From Cyanobacteria bacterium UBA6446 (GTDB lineage: Bacteria > Cyanobacteriota > Vampirovibrionia > Gastranaerophilales > Gastranaerophilaceae): a stretch of DNA of 64,000 bases. The DNA lies in the NCBI GenBank assembly GCA_002438405.1, contig DJOE01000004.1, positions 4,492-68,491 of the forward strand. Reading direction: 5' to 3'. The position numbers were made by a program, and so were the translations under genes. The notes under the pieces are model-generated. The model made no database searches. It had not been told where the DNA came from and saw only the letters and a program-made list of their open reading frames with translations. Positions 20,371-29,938 of this stretch are shown one piece after another; position 1 is the stretch's first letter; each line of letters begins with the position of its first letter.

Positions 20371-23300
20371 CTCTTATTTTAACTCCAGTAACTTTTGTTT
20401 TACCTTTTTCTTTTTGGGTAACACCAATAGTTCTATGAGCAGCTTCAATCATTGGTCGTCTGTGACTTACAACGACAAATTGAGTATTCGCTGATTGTTT
20501 TTGAATCATATCAGCAATTCTTTCAACATTCATTGTATCTAAACTTGCATCAACCTCATCAAGGGCATAGAAAGGAGCAGGTAAGTATTTTTGGATAGAG
20601 AATACTAAAGCTAAAGCTGTTAGAGCTTTTTCTCCACCTGATAAAGCTCCGAGTTTGTTATTTGTAATTTTATCTCTTGGTTTTGCTTCAATCGTCATGC
20701 CGGCAGATAGAGGGTCTTTTTCATTTTCTAAAATCAATTTACCATCACCTTCTGACAATTGATGATAAATATCTTTGAAATTTTCATTTATGGCAGTAAA
20801 TGTCGTCATAAATGCTTCTTTTTTCTGTTGTTCAAATCCATTCATCTTATCTAAAATTGATTGACGTTCAGTCGATAATGTATTGATTTGAGTGTCTAAT
20901 TCTTGTTTTCTTGCAGATTTCTCTTCATAAGAAACAATTGCACGCATATTAACATCACCCAACTCTTGCATTCTCTTATCAAGTCTTTGAATCTTAGCAT
21001 TTAATTCGTCAATTGATATTTGAACGGGTTCAAGTTTATCAACATCAACTCCAGAATCAGACAAAACATCTGCAGCCTCTTTCAATTGAGGCTCAAGTTC
21101 TCTTCTTCTTGCCTTGAATGATTCAATTGATTCATTAATTCTATCAATATCAGATGCTTTTACAGCGCTATTTGTTTGAAGTCCAACAAGGCTCTTATGA
21201 ATTTCTTCTTTTTGTTTCACAAGTTCTCCGATTTTTTCATCAATTACCGCAATTTTATCAGATAGGGTATTTAATTGTTCCTCTAATTGAACGATTTCTG
21301 ACTTATATGTTTCTTTGTCTTTTTCAAGAGTTTCATTATTTTTTATAGTGTTTTTAATATCTTCTTCTTTAGAAGTAATTAATTGTTCATTAAATTTTAT
21401 TGTATTCTCAAAACCTTGAATTTCATTGTTTACATTCATTAAATTGTTATTCAAGCGACGAATTTCATCTTCTATACCTTGAGTTTTTTCTTTCAAATCT
21501 TTCAAGTCTTTATCATTTAGCAAATTATCAAGTTCTGCTAACTTGTCTTGTGCCTGTTGAATAAAATCGGCCAATTCAACCCTTTTCAATTCAATTTTGT
21601 CTAATTCTTTGTTTAAGATTTCAATTTTTGGTTCGTTTTCAGCTACAAAAGTTTTCTTTGTTTCTAATAATGACTGACTATTTTCAAATTGAGATGTCAT
21701 ATTAGAAAGCTCTAATTTTGCTTTAGCATATTCAGTTGATGAAGCAGAATAAGCCGAACGGATTTTGTCTAATTTGTCCTCTAATTCTCGTTTCTTAATT
21801 ACAGAAGTATCATATTTCTTTTGTAATTCATCTAATTTTGCTTTTGCTCTTTCTAAATCTTTGTCATCATTTTTTCCAAATCCAAACATTGATTTTTTAA
21901 CATACCCACCTGTAATGGCAGAAGATTTTTCGTATAATTTTCCATCTAAGGTTACCATACGATATTTACCCATTAGAGGTTCAGCTGATTCAGCATCTTC
22001 AACAATCAATGTATCTCCAACAGCATAGAAAAATGCATCTAGATAAATATCATCAAAATCAACAAGATTGATAGCAAAATCTATTACACCTTTATTCTTT
22101 GGTAATTGAAGTCGAGTTGGAGCTTTTTTAATTTTGTTTAACGGAATGAAAGTAGCTCGACCGGAACGAGAAGAATTTAACAACTCCATTGCAACGTAAG
22201 CTGCATGCGGATCATCTACAACTATATGGGTTAATCTTCCCCCAAATGCAATATCAAGAGCTAAATTGAATTCTTCATCAACCCTACCTAATTGCATCAA
22301 AGGAGCATGTACACCCTCTAAATGAGCATTCATTACTGTATTTATTGGTAATGTAGCTCCTGCAGTTGAAGACATTGCCTTTTTCTGGGTTTCCATTTCT
22401 GTGAATTTACGATAAGCAGCTCTTACATCATGGTCATAATCGTCAATTGATGTTTTTATATCATCAAGGTCTTTCATTGTTTTTGTTTGGATTTCTTTTA
22501 ACTCGTCCATTTCTTTTTTCAAATCAGACACTTGCATCTCTTTTAAAGATTTATTATCAGAGAAATTAGCTTTTGCGTTTTCAGCTTGTTCAATAAAAGC
22601 TCTTGCTTCATCTAGATCCTTTTTCAAATTTTTTAATTCGTTTTCTTTTGGTAAAGACTGTTTTAATAGTTCATTATCTTTATCTTTCAAAGAATCTAAG
22701 GAGCGAGAAACATCATTTCTTTCTTGAATATATTTATCAGCTGTTGAACTCAAACCCGAAATATCTTCAAGCTTTTTAGCAAGTTCAGCCTTTTTTTCTT
22801 TTAATTGAGTTTCAATAATTCCTACTTTGTCATGAGCAAGTTTTATATTCAATCTTTCATCTTCAATTTTCTTTTTATATGATTGAATACCGTTTTTTGC
22901 ATTTTCAATTGATTGCAAACCTTTATGAATCTGAGTATCAGAATAATCAATTGCATTCTTTTTAGTTTGAATTCGTGCTGATAAATCACTCTGAGCATCT
23001 TTTAATTTGTTACGCTCATCTTCGCCTTGTTCTTTAAGTTTTGCATCAAGTTCAGTATATTTTTGGTTTATAAGCTTGATTTTTTCATCAATATCTTTTT
23101 TATTGATTTGCTCTTCTTTTAATTTTTTATTTGCTTGAAGAATATTATCGTGAGCAATTTCTAAATTTCTTTTTAAATCAAAGAATTTAACCGTACTAAC
23201 TTGTGATTCAAGCCCATTTTTTTCTTCTTGAAGTTTTTTGTATTTTAGTGCAACTTCTCTTTCTGATTTCAATTGTTCAAGAGTCTTTTCTACTTCTGTT

Positions 23301-23866
23301 AGAATTAACATTGCAGATTCAACCCTTTGTTCAACAGTTTTTAATTCATTTGTAGCTTGGTCTATTCGTCTATCAAAATCCGCAACACCTGCAATTTCAT
23401 CGATAATACCTCGGCGAACTTTTGATGAACACATAACAATACTTGTTACGTCGTTTTGCATCATAACATTGTAACTATTTGGAGTAATATTATATTTTTC
23501 TAAAATAGAACGAATATTAGTTAATGTATCAATTTTGTCGTTTAGATAATATGTACTTGCATATCCTTGGTTAGTTTTGCGAATTCTACGCATTACTGAA
23601 AGCTCATTATTTCCGTCAACTTCACCAAAAATAACTTTAACCGATGCTTCATTTTTATTGTTGAAAGTAGTAATGAAATCTGACAAATTTTCAATACGCA
23701 AAGCAGAACCTGTTCTAAGCCCCAAAGCAAACATAATACTATCAATGATATTACTTTTACCAGAGCCATTTGGTCCTGAAACTGTCGTAAAACCTTTTAA
23801 CAGGGGAATATCTGACTTATTTGCAAATGATTTAAAATTATCGATTTCAAGTTGTTTTATGTACAT
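20351..23866 (-). CDS. smc: chromosome partition protein SMC
   Basis: 'MYIKQLEIDNFKSF...VSGPNGSGKSNIIDS' is the Walker A head. Long coiled coils and a hinge follow, and the C-terminus carries 'LSGGEKALTALALVFSIQ...YALDEVDASLD'. The start is placed at the ATG giving MYIKQLEI; the ORF track extends to a TTG at 23923. Confidence 0.95.
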   Translation of the reverse strand: MYIKQLEIDNFKSFANKSDIPLLKGFTTVSGPNGSGKSNIIDSIMFALGLRTGSALRIENLSDFITTFNNKNEASVKVIFGEVDGNNELSVMRRIRKTNQGYASTYYLNDKIDTLTNIRSILEKYNITPNSYNVMMQNDVTSIVMCSSKVRRGIIDEIAGVADFDRRIDQATNELKTVEQRVESAMLILTEVEKTLEQLKSEREVALKYKKLQEEKNGLESQVSTVKFFDLKRNLEIAHDNILQANKKLKEEQINKKDIDEKIKLINQKYTELDAKLKEQGEDERNKLKDAQSDLSARIQTKKNAIDYSDTQIHKGLQSIENAKNGIQSYKKKIEDERLNIKLAHDKVGIIETQLKEKKAELAKKLEDISGLSSTADKYIQERNDVSRSLDSLKDKDNELLKQSLPKENELKNLKKDLDEARAFIEQAENAKANFSDNKSLKEMQVSDLKKEMDELKEIQTKTMKDLDDIKTSIDDYDHDVRAAYRKFTEMETQKKAMSSTAGATLPINTVMNAHLEGVHAPLMQLGRVDEEFNLALDIAFGGRLTHIVVDDPHAAYVAMELLNSSRSGRATFIPLNKIKKAPTRLQLPKNKGVIDFAINLVDFDDIYLDAFFYAVGDTLIVEDAESAEPLMGKYRMVTLDGKLYEKSSAITGGYVKKSMFGFGKNDDKDLERAKAKLDELQKKYDTSVIKKRELEDKLDKIRSAYSASSTEYAKAKLELSNMTSQFENSQSLLETKKTFVAENEPKIEILNKELDKIELKRVELADFIQQAQDKLAELDNLLNDKDLKDLKEKTQGIEDEIRRLNNNLMNVNNEIQGFENTIKFNEQLITSKEEDIKNTIKNNETLEKDKETYKSEIVQLEEQLNTLSDKIAVIDEKIGELVKQKEEIHKSLVGLQTNSAVKASDIDRINESIESFKARRRELEPQLKEAADVLSDSGVDVDKLEPVQISIDELNAKIQRLDKRMQELGDVNMRAIVSYEEKSARKQELDTQINTLSTERQSILDKMNGFEQQKKEAFMTTFTAINENFKDIYHQLSEGDGKLILENEKDPLSAGMTIEAKPRDKITNNKLGALSGGEKALTALALVFSIQKYLPAPFYALDEVDASLDTMNVERIADMIQKQSANTQFVVVSHRRPMIEAAHRTIGVTQKEKGKTKVTGVKIRDDENEQ

Positions 23867-24012
23867 AAATCTACCCAAGTATAGTCTTTTACTATTATGA
23901 CAGGATAATAGCAGGCATGTCAAACTTGTGTAGGATTATTTACATTTTGAAATCATAATTTTATGCAAATAAGAATACACTTTTAGCAATTCTTGCAAAG
24001 GTTTTGATTAAT

Positions 24013-25275
24013 TTAGTTTGTAGATTTTTTAGAAATAACAAGAGCATTAGATAAAGCAATACCTCCAGGTTGATGCGGGTGATTAACAATTTGCCCCTTT
24101 ACGTACATTACAGTTGAACCTCCTCCATCAAGGTTAATTGCATTTGTACACCCTAATGACTTCATGAATTTTGCAAGTTCAACTAACGTAAGACCGACAG
24201 AACTTCCTTCCCGTCCGTCAACTGCCACTAAAATAAGATCATTATCCTCGGTGTAACCGATTGCAGTTCTTGGGTTTCTCCCCCCGATAGATTGAAGTTT
24301 TTGTGCTGTCATGTCTATAAATATTTGGTTATCTTTTAATAAATATGGACCTCCACTTATAATATGTTGAACATTTTCCCACTTTGGATTGGTTTTAATT
24401 TCAATGTCAACATAATCTGCACCAAAGAGTTTGCCTAATTTTGATTTCGGACCAACAAGAACATAACCATTCTCCGGAATGGAAAGGGGATTGGCAGAAG
24501 CAGCCGTAATTTTATTTCCAACAATTTGAAGTTGGACACCGTATTGTGGTGATGCAGGGGCATATTTTCCCCAATCCCGAGTATAAGCTAAAATATATGA
24601 GGATAACATTCTTGGCTGATTAATATTATCAATTTTTATTTCTTGGTTATTTCCGATAATTTTTCCATCAAGTTGAACTCGTCCAACATCATAACCATCT
24701 TTAAAGATTCCAAGAGCAACTCTGTCATATATTGGACCTGTATAAATTTTTTGGTTAATCATAAGAGTTCCTAAAGGAACACCTGTTTGAGGTTTGAAAA
24801 AACCTCCATTGATTGCAACAATAGAATTTGTTCGTTGTGCAATATTTCGAACGGTTCTTTTGTTTGGAAGGGTTACAGATGCAATTGCAGGTTTAACTTC
24901 ATAGTTTGAAGCTACTTTGTTATTCATTTCAACAACATTGATTTTAACCGGCTTACCGTTGTAGTATTTAACCATCTTGATATGTTTAATTCCGGTATCA
25001 ACATTGTTGATTACATACCCTTTATATTTAGATTTAATTCTATTCTCAAATTTTTCTTGTCTAATTTGAGGATTCATTTCCTCTTTAATATATTGGCTCA
25101 TTTCCTTTAATGTAGAAGTTGTTATAGAATTATTCGCAATTAAATCATTCGCAAAAAGTGGAGGTATAAAAATTGTGTGTGTCAGAACTAATGTTACAAA
25201 AAGCGAAAGAGTTAAGACATATTCGCAAGTCCTGAACGGTAAATGTATTTGTTTGTTTTCGAGTAGTGTATCCAT
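24013..25275 (-). CDS. phosphodiester glycosidase family (DUF2233/NAGPA-like) protein, membrane anchored
   Basis: 'AINGGFF', 'PRTAIGYT' and 'AINLDGGGSTVM' are the motifs I associate with the phosphodiester glycosidase domain. The N-terminus contains a TM segment. Confidence 0.7.
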   Translation of the reverse strand: MDTLLENKQIHLPFRTCEYVLTLSLFVTLVLTHTIFIPPLFANDLIANNSITTSTLKEMSQYIKEEMNPQIRQEKFENRIKSKYKGYVINNVDTGIKHIKMVKYYNGKPVKINVVEMNNKVASNYEVKPAIASVTLPNKRTVRNIAQRTNSIVAINGGFFKPQTGVPLGTLMINQKIYTGPIYDRVALGIFKDGYDVGRVQLDGKIIGNNQEIKIDNINQPRMLSSYILAYTRDWGKYAPASPQYGVQLQIVGNKITAASANPLSIPENGYVLVGPKSKLGKLFGADYVDIEIKTNPKWENVQHIISGGPYLLKDNQIFIDMTAQKLQSIGGRNPRTAIGYTEDNDLILVAVDGREGSSVGLTLVELAKFMKSLGCTNAINLDGGGSTVMYVKGQIVNHPHQPGGIALSNALVISKKSTN

Positions 25276-25385
25276 AATATCACCTTAGGGTGTAAATTAC
25301 TTCGGATACCTTTTTGTTTTTAGAGTGGGGTGGGGAATAACACTCATCAGAGACCTATAAGGGCTAATAGGGTGTTCCTACTATT

Positions 25386-25414
25386 ATTGTAACATATTTT
25401 TACAAATACTTCAA
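25386..25414 (-). promoter_or_regulatory. sigma70-like promoter upstream of the phosphodiester glycosidase gene
   Basis: On the minus strand: TTGAAG, 17-nt spacer, TACAAT. It implies a ~100-nt 5' leader. Confidence 0.35.
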
Positions 25415-25539
25415 TCCTTTTAACATCAAGGCTTTTACAAATCTAAATAGTGGTATTTGTACACTATTTAATAATAATTTTGAATACAAAAAGGACGTCA
25501 AATTAATTTCTGACGTCTTTTCAATATAGAAGTTATTTG

Positions 25540-25956
25540 TTATTTATTTGAAATAAATCTTTGAACAATTTTGACCAATTCCGGAGAATTATTTTTATCT
25601 AGAGATTCTTCAATTTTTACCGGAGTATTATTTAATCTAAAAATATCAAAAGTTGCGTGTTTGTCATTTCTAATTATATCTAATTCTGCTTGTTTACCGA
25701 ATTTAATTTCTCTAATACTATAATTTGTTTTGCCAATTGTACCTACAATAAGTCCTAAACCATTATTTTTTCTGGTTTTAGATATATTTTGAAATGCATT
25801 ATTTACAAGTTTTTCAACATCTGGAGTTTTTGAAGTAAATGTTATAGAATCTCCGGTATTTGCATCTCTATATATCGGTGTAGATTTCTTTTTACCACAA
25901 CAATTTATACTAAATAAATTAGAATATACAGGGGTATTTGTAATTTTTGTAATCAT
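25540..25956 (-). CDS. hypothetical protein with an N-terminal 'ITFTS' motif
   Basis: 138-aa ORF with N-terminus 'MITKITNTPVYSN...GDSITFTSKT'. No family was recognised. Confidence 0.45.
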   Translation of the reverse strand: MITKITNTPVYSNLFSINCCGKKKSTPIYRDANTGDSITFTSKTPDVEKLVNNAFQNISKTRKNNGLGLIVGTIGKTNYSIREIKFGKQAELDIIRNDKHATFDIFRLNNTPVKIEESLDKNNSPELVKIVQRFISNK

Positions 25957-26102
25957 TGTAAATCCTTTCTCTCATTGTTAGATTTAATAAATGTATATTT
26001 TACACTTATTAAACGGCAAAATGTTTTTAGTGTCAACGGAATATTGCAATTCTTGAACTTTTATTAAATCTATAACGAGATGAAAGATTTTACACAAAAT
26101 CA

Positions 26103-27278
26103 TTAATTATTAGCTTCTTCGTACATTTTTGCATATTGAGGATTTACAGCAAGCCATTTGAATGTTTGAGCTTCAACTTCTGGTATATCTATTACAAAAG
26201 TTCCACCGTAACGACCTCTTGAAAATACAAGATAACCTTCTTTTGCTAAGTTATGAAAGGCCTTTCTAATTGTATTTGGGCTTAAATCCAATGATTTTGA
26301 CAATTCCATAATAGATGGAAGTTTATCCCCGATTTCATAATCCTGTGCAATCATTCGTTTTATATGATTTTGCGTTTTTTCATAGTGATAAAATGCGGTA
26401 TCTTGTGCAGATGCAAAAATAGATGTTTCTGGTTTTTGAGAATAGTTACCACTCTGAGGAAGTTTAATTACAGATGTTCCATAACGACCTCTTCTTGCAA
26501 GTAATATTCCTCTATCAATTAAAACCTTTAATGCATCGTGAACGGTTTTAATACTTGCTTTTAAGCCTTTTGATAACACGGAGTGAGATGGAATTTTATC
26601 GCCGACTTTTAAATTTTTTGAAATATATGCTTCCAAATCTTTAACAACCATATCAACTAAAGTTTCAGAACTTTGTTTAGGCGCAGAATTTTTAACATCA
26701 AAATCTAAACTTTCTAGAACCCAACCATATTCATTTGAGTTTTTAAATTTATGTCTGATTATTTTTTGAGTTGCCAAATATTCAAGAGCAAGCCTTGTTG
26801 TATTTGCAGAAAAACCGATAATCGTTGCAATTGTACGAGATGACGGTAATTGTGAACCGATTTTAAAACCGTCAGTTAAAATATATCGTTTAATCTCTTC
26901 AACAGCAAGTTCTCGCTTTGAAGTTAATTTACGAATTGTAGAAGATTTATTTTCTGCATTTTTTACCAATGTTCCAATGCACTGTTTTGATTCTACATAG
27001 CCTAAATCTTCAATATAACGGAAAGAATTTTGCATTGTTCCTATACTTACACCCAAAAGATAAGCAAATTCTGCTTTAGATGGCAATACATTGTTTACAG
27101 AAATCTTTCCACAAGATAAATCATGTTCAAGCCATGACATTAACCATTTTGCAATAACAACAGATTTAGATTCAAAAATATTTTTCAAATCAGGCAAATC
27201 TATATCTATGCTTGAAATATCAATCTTTGTTAAAGATGATTTTTGCGGAAAAATATATTCATTATCTTTTGAGTTCAT
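26103..27278 (-). CDS. protein composed of four tandem GntR-type winged-helix DNA-binding domains
   Basis: There are four repeats of the GntR wHTH signature. These are 'LPSKAEFAYLLGVSIGTMQNSFRYIEDLGYV', 'LPSSRTIATIIGFSANTTRLALEYLATQKII', 'IPSHSVLSKGLKASIKTVHDALKVLIDRGILLARRGRYGTSV' and 'LPSIMELSKSLDLSPNTIRKAFHNLAKEGYLVFSRGRYGGTFV'. Confidence 0.7.
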   Translation of the reverse strand: MNSKDNEYIFPQKSSLTKIDISSIDIDLPDLKNIFESKSVVIAKWLMSWLEHDLSCGKISVNNVLPSKAEFAYLLGVSIGTMQNSFRYIEDLGYVESKQCIGTLVKNAENKSSTIRKLTSKRELAVEEIKRYILTDGFKIGSQLPSSRTIATIIGFSANTTRLALEYLATQKIIRHKFKNSNEYGWVLESLDFDVKNSAPKQSSETLVDMVVKDLEAYISKNLKVGDKIPSHSVLSKGLKASIKTVHDALKVLIDRGILLARRGRYGTSVIKLPQSGNYSQKPETSIFASAQDTAFYHYEKTQNHIKRMIAQDYEIGDKLPSIMELSKSLDLSPNTIRKAFHNLAKEGYLVFSRGRYGGTFVIDIPEVEAQTFKWLAVNPQYAKMYEEANN

Positions 27279-27402
27279 AAAATTCTACCTACTTTCACGT
27301 TCTAATAATATACTATGTGTAAAAAAACATCAAGATATTTTTTGCTATTTTATTTACTTATATTACAAAGATTTAATTAAAATTGACTTGAAATGCTTTG
27401 TG

Positions 27403-28614
27403 ATGAATACTTATATTGTTATGGTTAAACAAAAATATATAGCTTTAGTTGATTGTGACTCTTTTTTCGTATCATGTGAACAAAAAAGGAACACAAATCT
27501 AAAAGGTCAACCGGTTTGTGTGCTTTCAAATAATGATGGCTGTGTTATTTCTCGATCAAGAGAAGCTAAAAAAATGGGAGTAAAAATGGGTGAACCATTT
27601 TTTATGGCAAAAAAGGAACACCCCAAAGCTATTTACATAACAGCAGACCATGAATATTATAAAAATGTGTCAAATCAAGTTATGGCATTATTAAAAGATT
27701 TTAGCCCATTTGTTCAAATTTATTCTATTGACGAAGCATTTATTGATTTAACAGGACTTACAAGACTTTATAAGAGAAATTACTACAAACTTGCTAAACA
27801 TTTACGTTCTAAAATTCTTGAAGAAGTTGACATTCCGGTATCAATCGGAGTGAGTTCAACTAAAACCCTCTCAAAATTAGCTTCAGATAAAGCAAAAAAT
27901 ATCAGTGGAGGAATTTACTTAATTGGCAAACGGAAAATCAAAAAAGAACTTCAACATACCAATATTGAAGAAATTTGGGGAATTGGCAGAAGATTAACAA
28001 AAAATTTAAAAAGACATGGAGTTCTAACAGCAGAAGAATTAGTAGAAAAAACAGACAAATGGCTTGATTCTAAAATTGGAATTCACGGAATTGAAATGCG
28101 CCACGAACTGTTAGGAGAAATGGTTTCTCAAGTCACAAATGAAGTTAAAGCTCCTAAATCTATTCAAAATACACGAGCTTTCGGAATTTTTACAAATAAT
28201 TTTAATTTTATAAAAAACGAATTGAATAAACATATCCACACCTCATGCCGGAAACTTCGAAAATATGAAACTAAGTGCTTGCAAATTGGAGTAATGTTGA
28301 GAACAAAAGATTTCAGAGTTTGTTATACAAAACAAGACCTTATTACACCAACAGATTTTGAACTCGAGATTTCAAATATCGCAATTAATCTTTTAAAAGA
28401 AATTTATAATCCCAATATTTTATATAGAAGTACGGGTGTTATTCTAGATAAAATTGGGGAACAAGGCTCTGAACAACTTTCACTATATTCAGATAACACC
28501 ATTGAAACAAAAAAGAAAAATCTTGCAAAATGCTTTGATAAACTGGAATCAAAATTTGGCAAAAATATTGTACAAACAGGATTTACAGTAAAAAACAATA
28601 CATCAAAGACATAA
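27403..28614 (+). CDS. Y-family DNA polymerase (UmuC/DinB-like translesion polymerase)
   Basis: 'YIALVDCDSFFVSCEQ', 'SIDEAFIDLT' and 'IGVSSTKTLSKLASD' are Y-family palm and finger motifs. The start is either the ATG at 27403 (MNTYIV) or 27421 (MVKQKY). The ORF-track extension to 27091 overlaps the divergent GntR gene and is rejected. Confidence 0.85.
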   Translation: MNTYIVMVKQKYIALVDCDSFFVSCEQKRNTNLKGQPVCVLSNNDGCVISRSREAKKMGVKMGEPFFMAKKEHPKAIYITADHEYYKNVSNQVMALLKDFSPFVQIYSIDEAFIDLTGLTRLYKRNYYKLAKHLRSKILEEVDIPVSIGVSSTKTLSKLASDKAKNISGGIYLIGKRKIKKELQHTNIEEIWGIGRRLTKNLKRHGVLTAEELVEKTDKWLDSKIGIHGIEMRHELLGEMVSQVTNEVKAPKSIQNTRAFGIFTNNFNFIKNELNKHIHTSCRKLRKYETKCLQIGVMLRTKDFRVCYTKQDLITPTDFELEISNIAINLLKEIYNPNILYRSTGVILDKIGEQGSEQLSLYSDNTIETKKKNLAKCFDKLESKFGKNIVQTGFTVKNNTSKT

Positions 28615-28675
28615 AGCTTAACATAGTAGCAAATTTTATTTTCTCGGGTTTTAAATCAGTATCAAAGGAGTTGTT

Positions 28676-29098
28676 ATGCCATTAAATACCAATTCAATAC
28701 AAGTAGATAGATTTAAAGCAATTAGAACTAGAGCAGAAAGAGCCATAACCGCTCTTGATACCCCTCTTAGTCCAGATGAAGACAGTACAAAATATTTAGC
28801 TGACCATCTTAAAGATTGCTTAAAACACCCAACAACAGGATTAATGGCTTATAATGACGCATTTATTAGTCGAGGTCAAGAATATCCGGTATATTATAGA
28901 AAAAACTTGGAAATGGCTAAAAAATTTCCAGATATTAAAAATTTAATGAATGCTCTTAATGATAAATTAAAAGAACTTTACCCTAAGACAAGAAAAGCAA
29001 GGGACTTCATTATAGAAACAAATAGAATTCATTTTGATGTAACAGAAGAAACAAGACACAATTTTAGACGATTATTATTCAAATCTACAGGACTATAA
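28676..29098 (+). CDS. hypothetical protein (paralog 1 of a tandem pair)
   Basis: 140 aa. The C-terminal half 'KELYPKTRKARDFIIETNRIHFDVTEETRHNFRRLLFKSTGL' parallels the next ORF. A GGAG RBS lies upstream. Confidence 0.5.
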   Translation: MPLNTNSIQVDRFKAIRTRAERAITALDTPLSPDEDSTKYLADHLKDCLKHPTTGLMAYNDAFISRGQEYPVYYRKNLEMAKKFPDIKNLMNALNDKLKELYPKTRKARDFIIETNRIHFDVTEETRHNFRRLLFKSTGL

Positions 29099-29506
29099 AT
29101 GGTTATAAAAACACATTGTTTTGATATAAACTCACTTAGAAAAGAAGCATATCTTACCACGGTTGCTTTGAATTCATCTAAAGCAAAGGCAAGCCGTGAA
29201 CATATTACAAACTATATGGTAGGAAGCATTGTTAATCCTACAAGAGGAATGATTGCATACAAAGAAAATATCAACACTTCCCCTATAAATAGCTCACTTG
29301 ATTACCATAGGAATATGAGTTTTATAATGGAACTTAATGACATCAAAAAATTATTTAAGATGTTTACATTAAGAGTCAATAAATTATACCCAAAAACAAT
29401 GGAAGCTCGCAAATTCCTTATTGAATCAGAAAGAGTTACTTTTGACAATGTGTCAAAAGTAAAACACAACCCAAGAAGAACCATATTTAAACTATTTGGA
29501 ATATAA
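29099..29506 (+). CDS. hypothetical protein (paralog 2 of a tandem pair)
   Basis: 135 aa. The ATG directly abuts the preceding TAA. 'NKLYPKTMEARKFLIESERVTFDNVSKVKHNPRRTIFKLFGI' parallels the preceding ORF. Confidence 0.5.
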   Translation: MVIKTHCFDINSLRKEAYLTTVALNSSKAKASREHITNYMVGSIVNPTRGMIAYKENINTSPINSSLDYHRNMSFIMELNDIKKLFKMFTLRVNKLYPKTMEARKFLIESERVTFDNVSKVKHNPRRTIFKLFGI

Positions 29507-29519
29507 AGGATTATGATAA

Positions 29520-29849
29520 ATGAGAATTACTAAAATAAGCCCCAATTTCACAGCAGAACAAATTAATAAAAAGAATCAAACAGATTATCTAAGCTTGTTT
29601 CACGAAAAGACAAAAAATTCTGCAGATATGACAGACACAATAGTTGTTCCTAGAACCATATTTAAAGGTTATTTAGGAATTATGACAGGAACAACATTAG
29701 TAACTCTCGGCTCTATTGCAAGCAAACACCCAAAACTAGGAAAAACATTAACAACAGCTGGATTATTAACGTCATTATACGGAACTTGGGCTTTTGTAAG
29801 ACCATACATTATCAGAGAGAGCAAAGGTGTTGAAACATCTAAAAAATAA
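29520..29849 (+). CDS. small membrane protein with an N-terminal 'MRITKISPNFTA' motif
   Basis: 109 aa with two predicted TM segments ('YLGIMTGTTLVTLGSIA', 'LTTAGLLTSLYGTWAFV'). It begins 13 nt after the paralog pair. Confidence 0.5.
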   Translation: MRITKISPNFTAEQINKKNQTDYLSLFHEKTKNSADMTDTIVVPRTIFKGYLGIMTGTTLVTLGSIASKHPKLGKTLTTAGLLTSLYGTWAFVRPYIIRESKGVETSKK

Positions 29850-29938
29850 AGATTTTAGAGAATATTCAAGTTGACAATATTCGCCAATTATACAATAATA
29901 CCAACAGAAGAGATTATTTTTAGAAAGGTGTGGATAGA

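Noticed and set aside
25343-25350. CUGAUGAG on the minus strand followed by a GAGUG...CACUC stem, reminiscent of a hammerhead ribozyme core.
   Set aside because: After stem II the required GAAA element and a suitable stem III/cleavage-site context are absent (the sequence continues 'uaaaaac'). It is not a hammerhead.
27091-27402. 104-codon N-terminal extension of the Y-family polymerase ORF.
   Set aside because: It overlaps the 5' end of the divergent GntR gene on the other strand. The polymerase homology begins at 'YIALVDCDSFF', right after the ATGs at 27403 and 27421.
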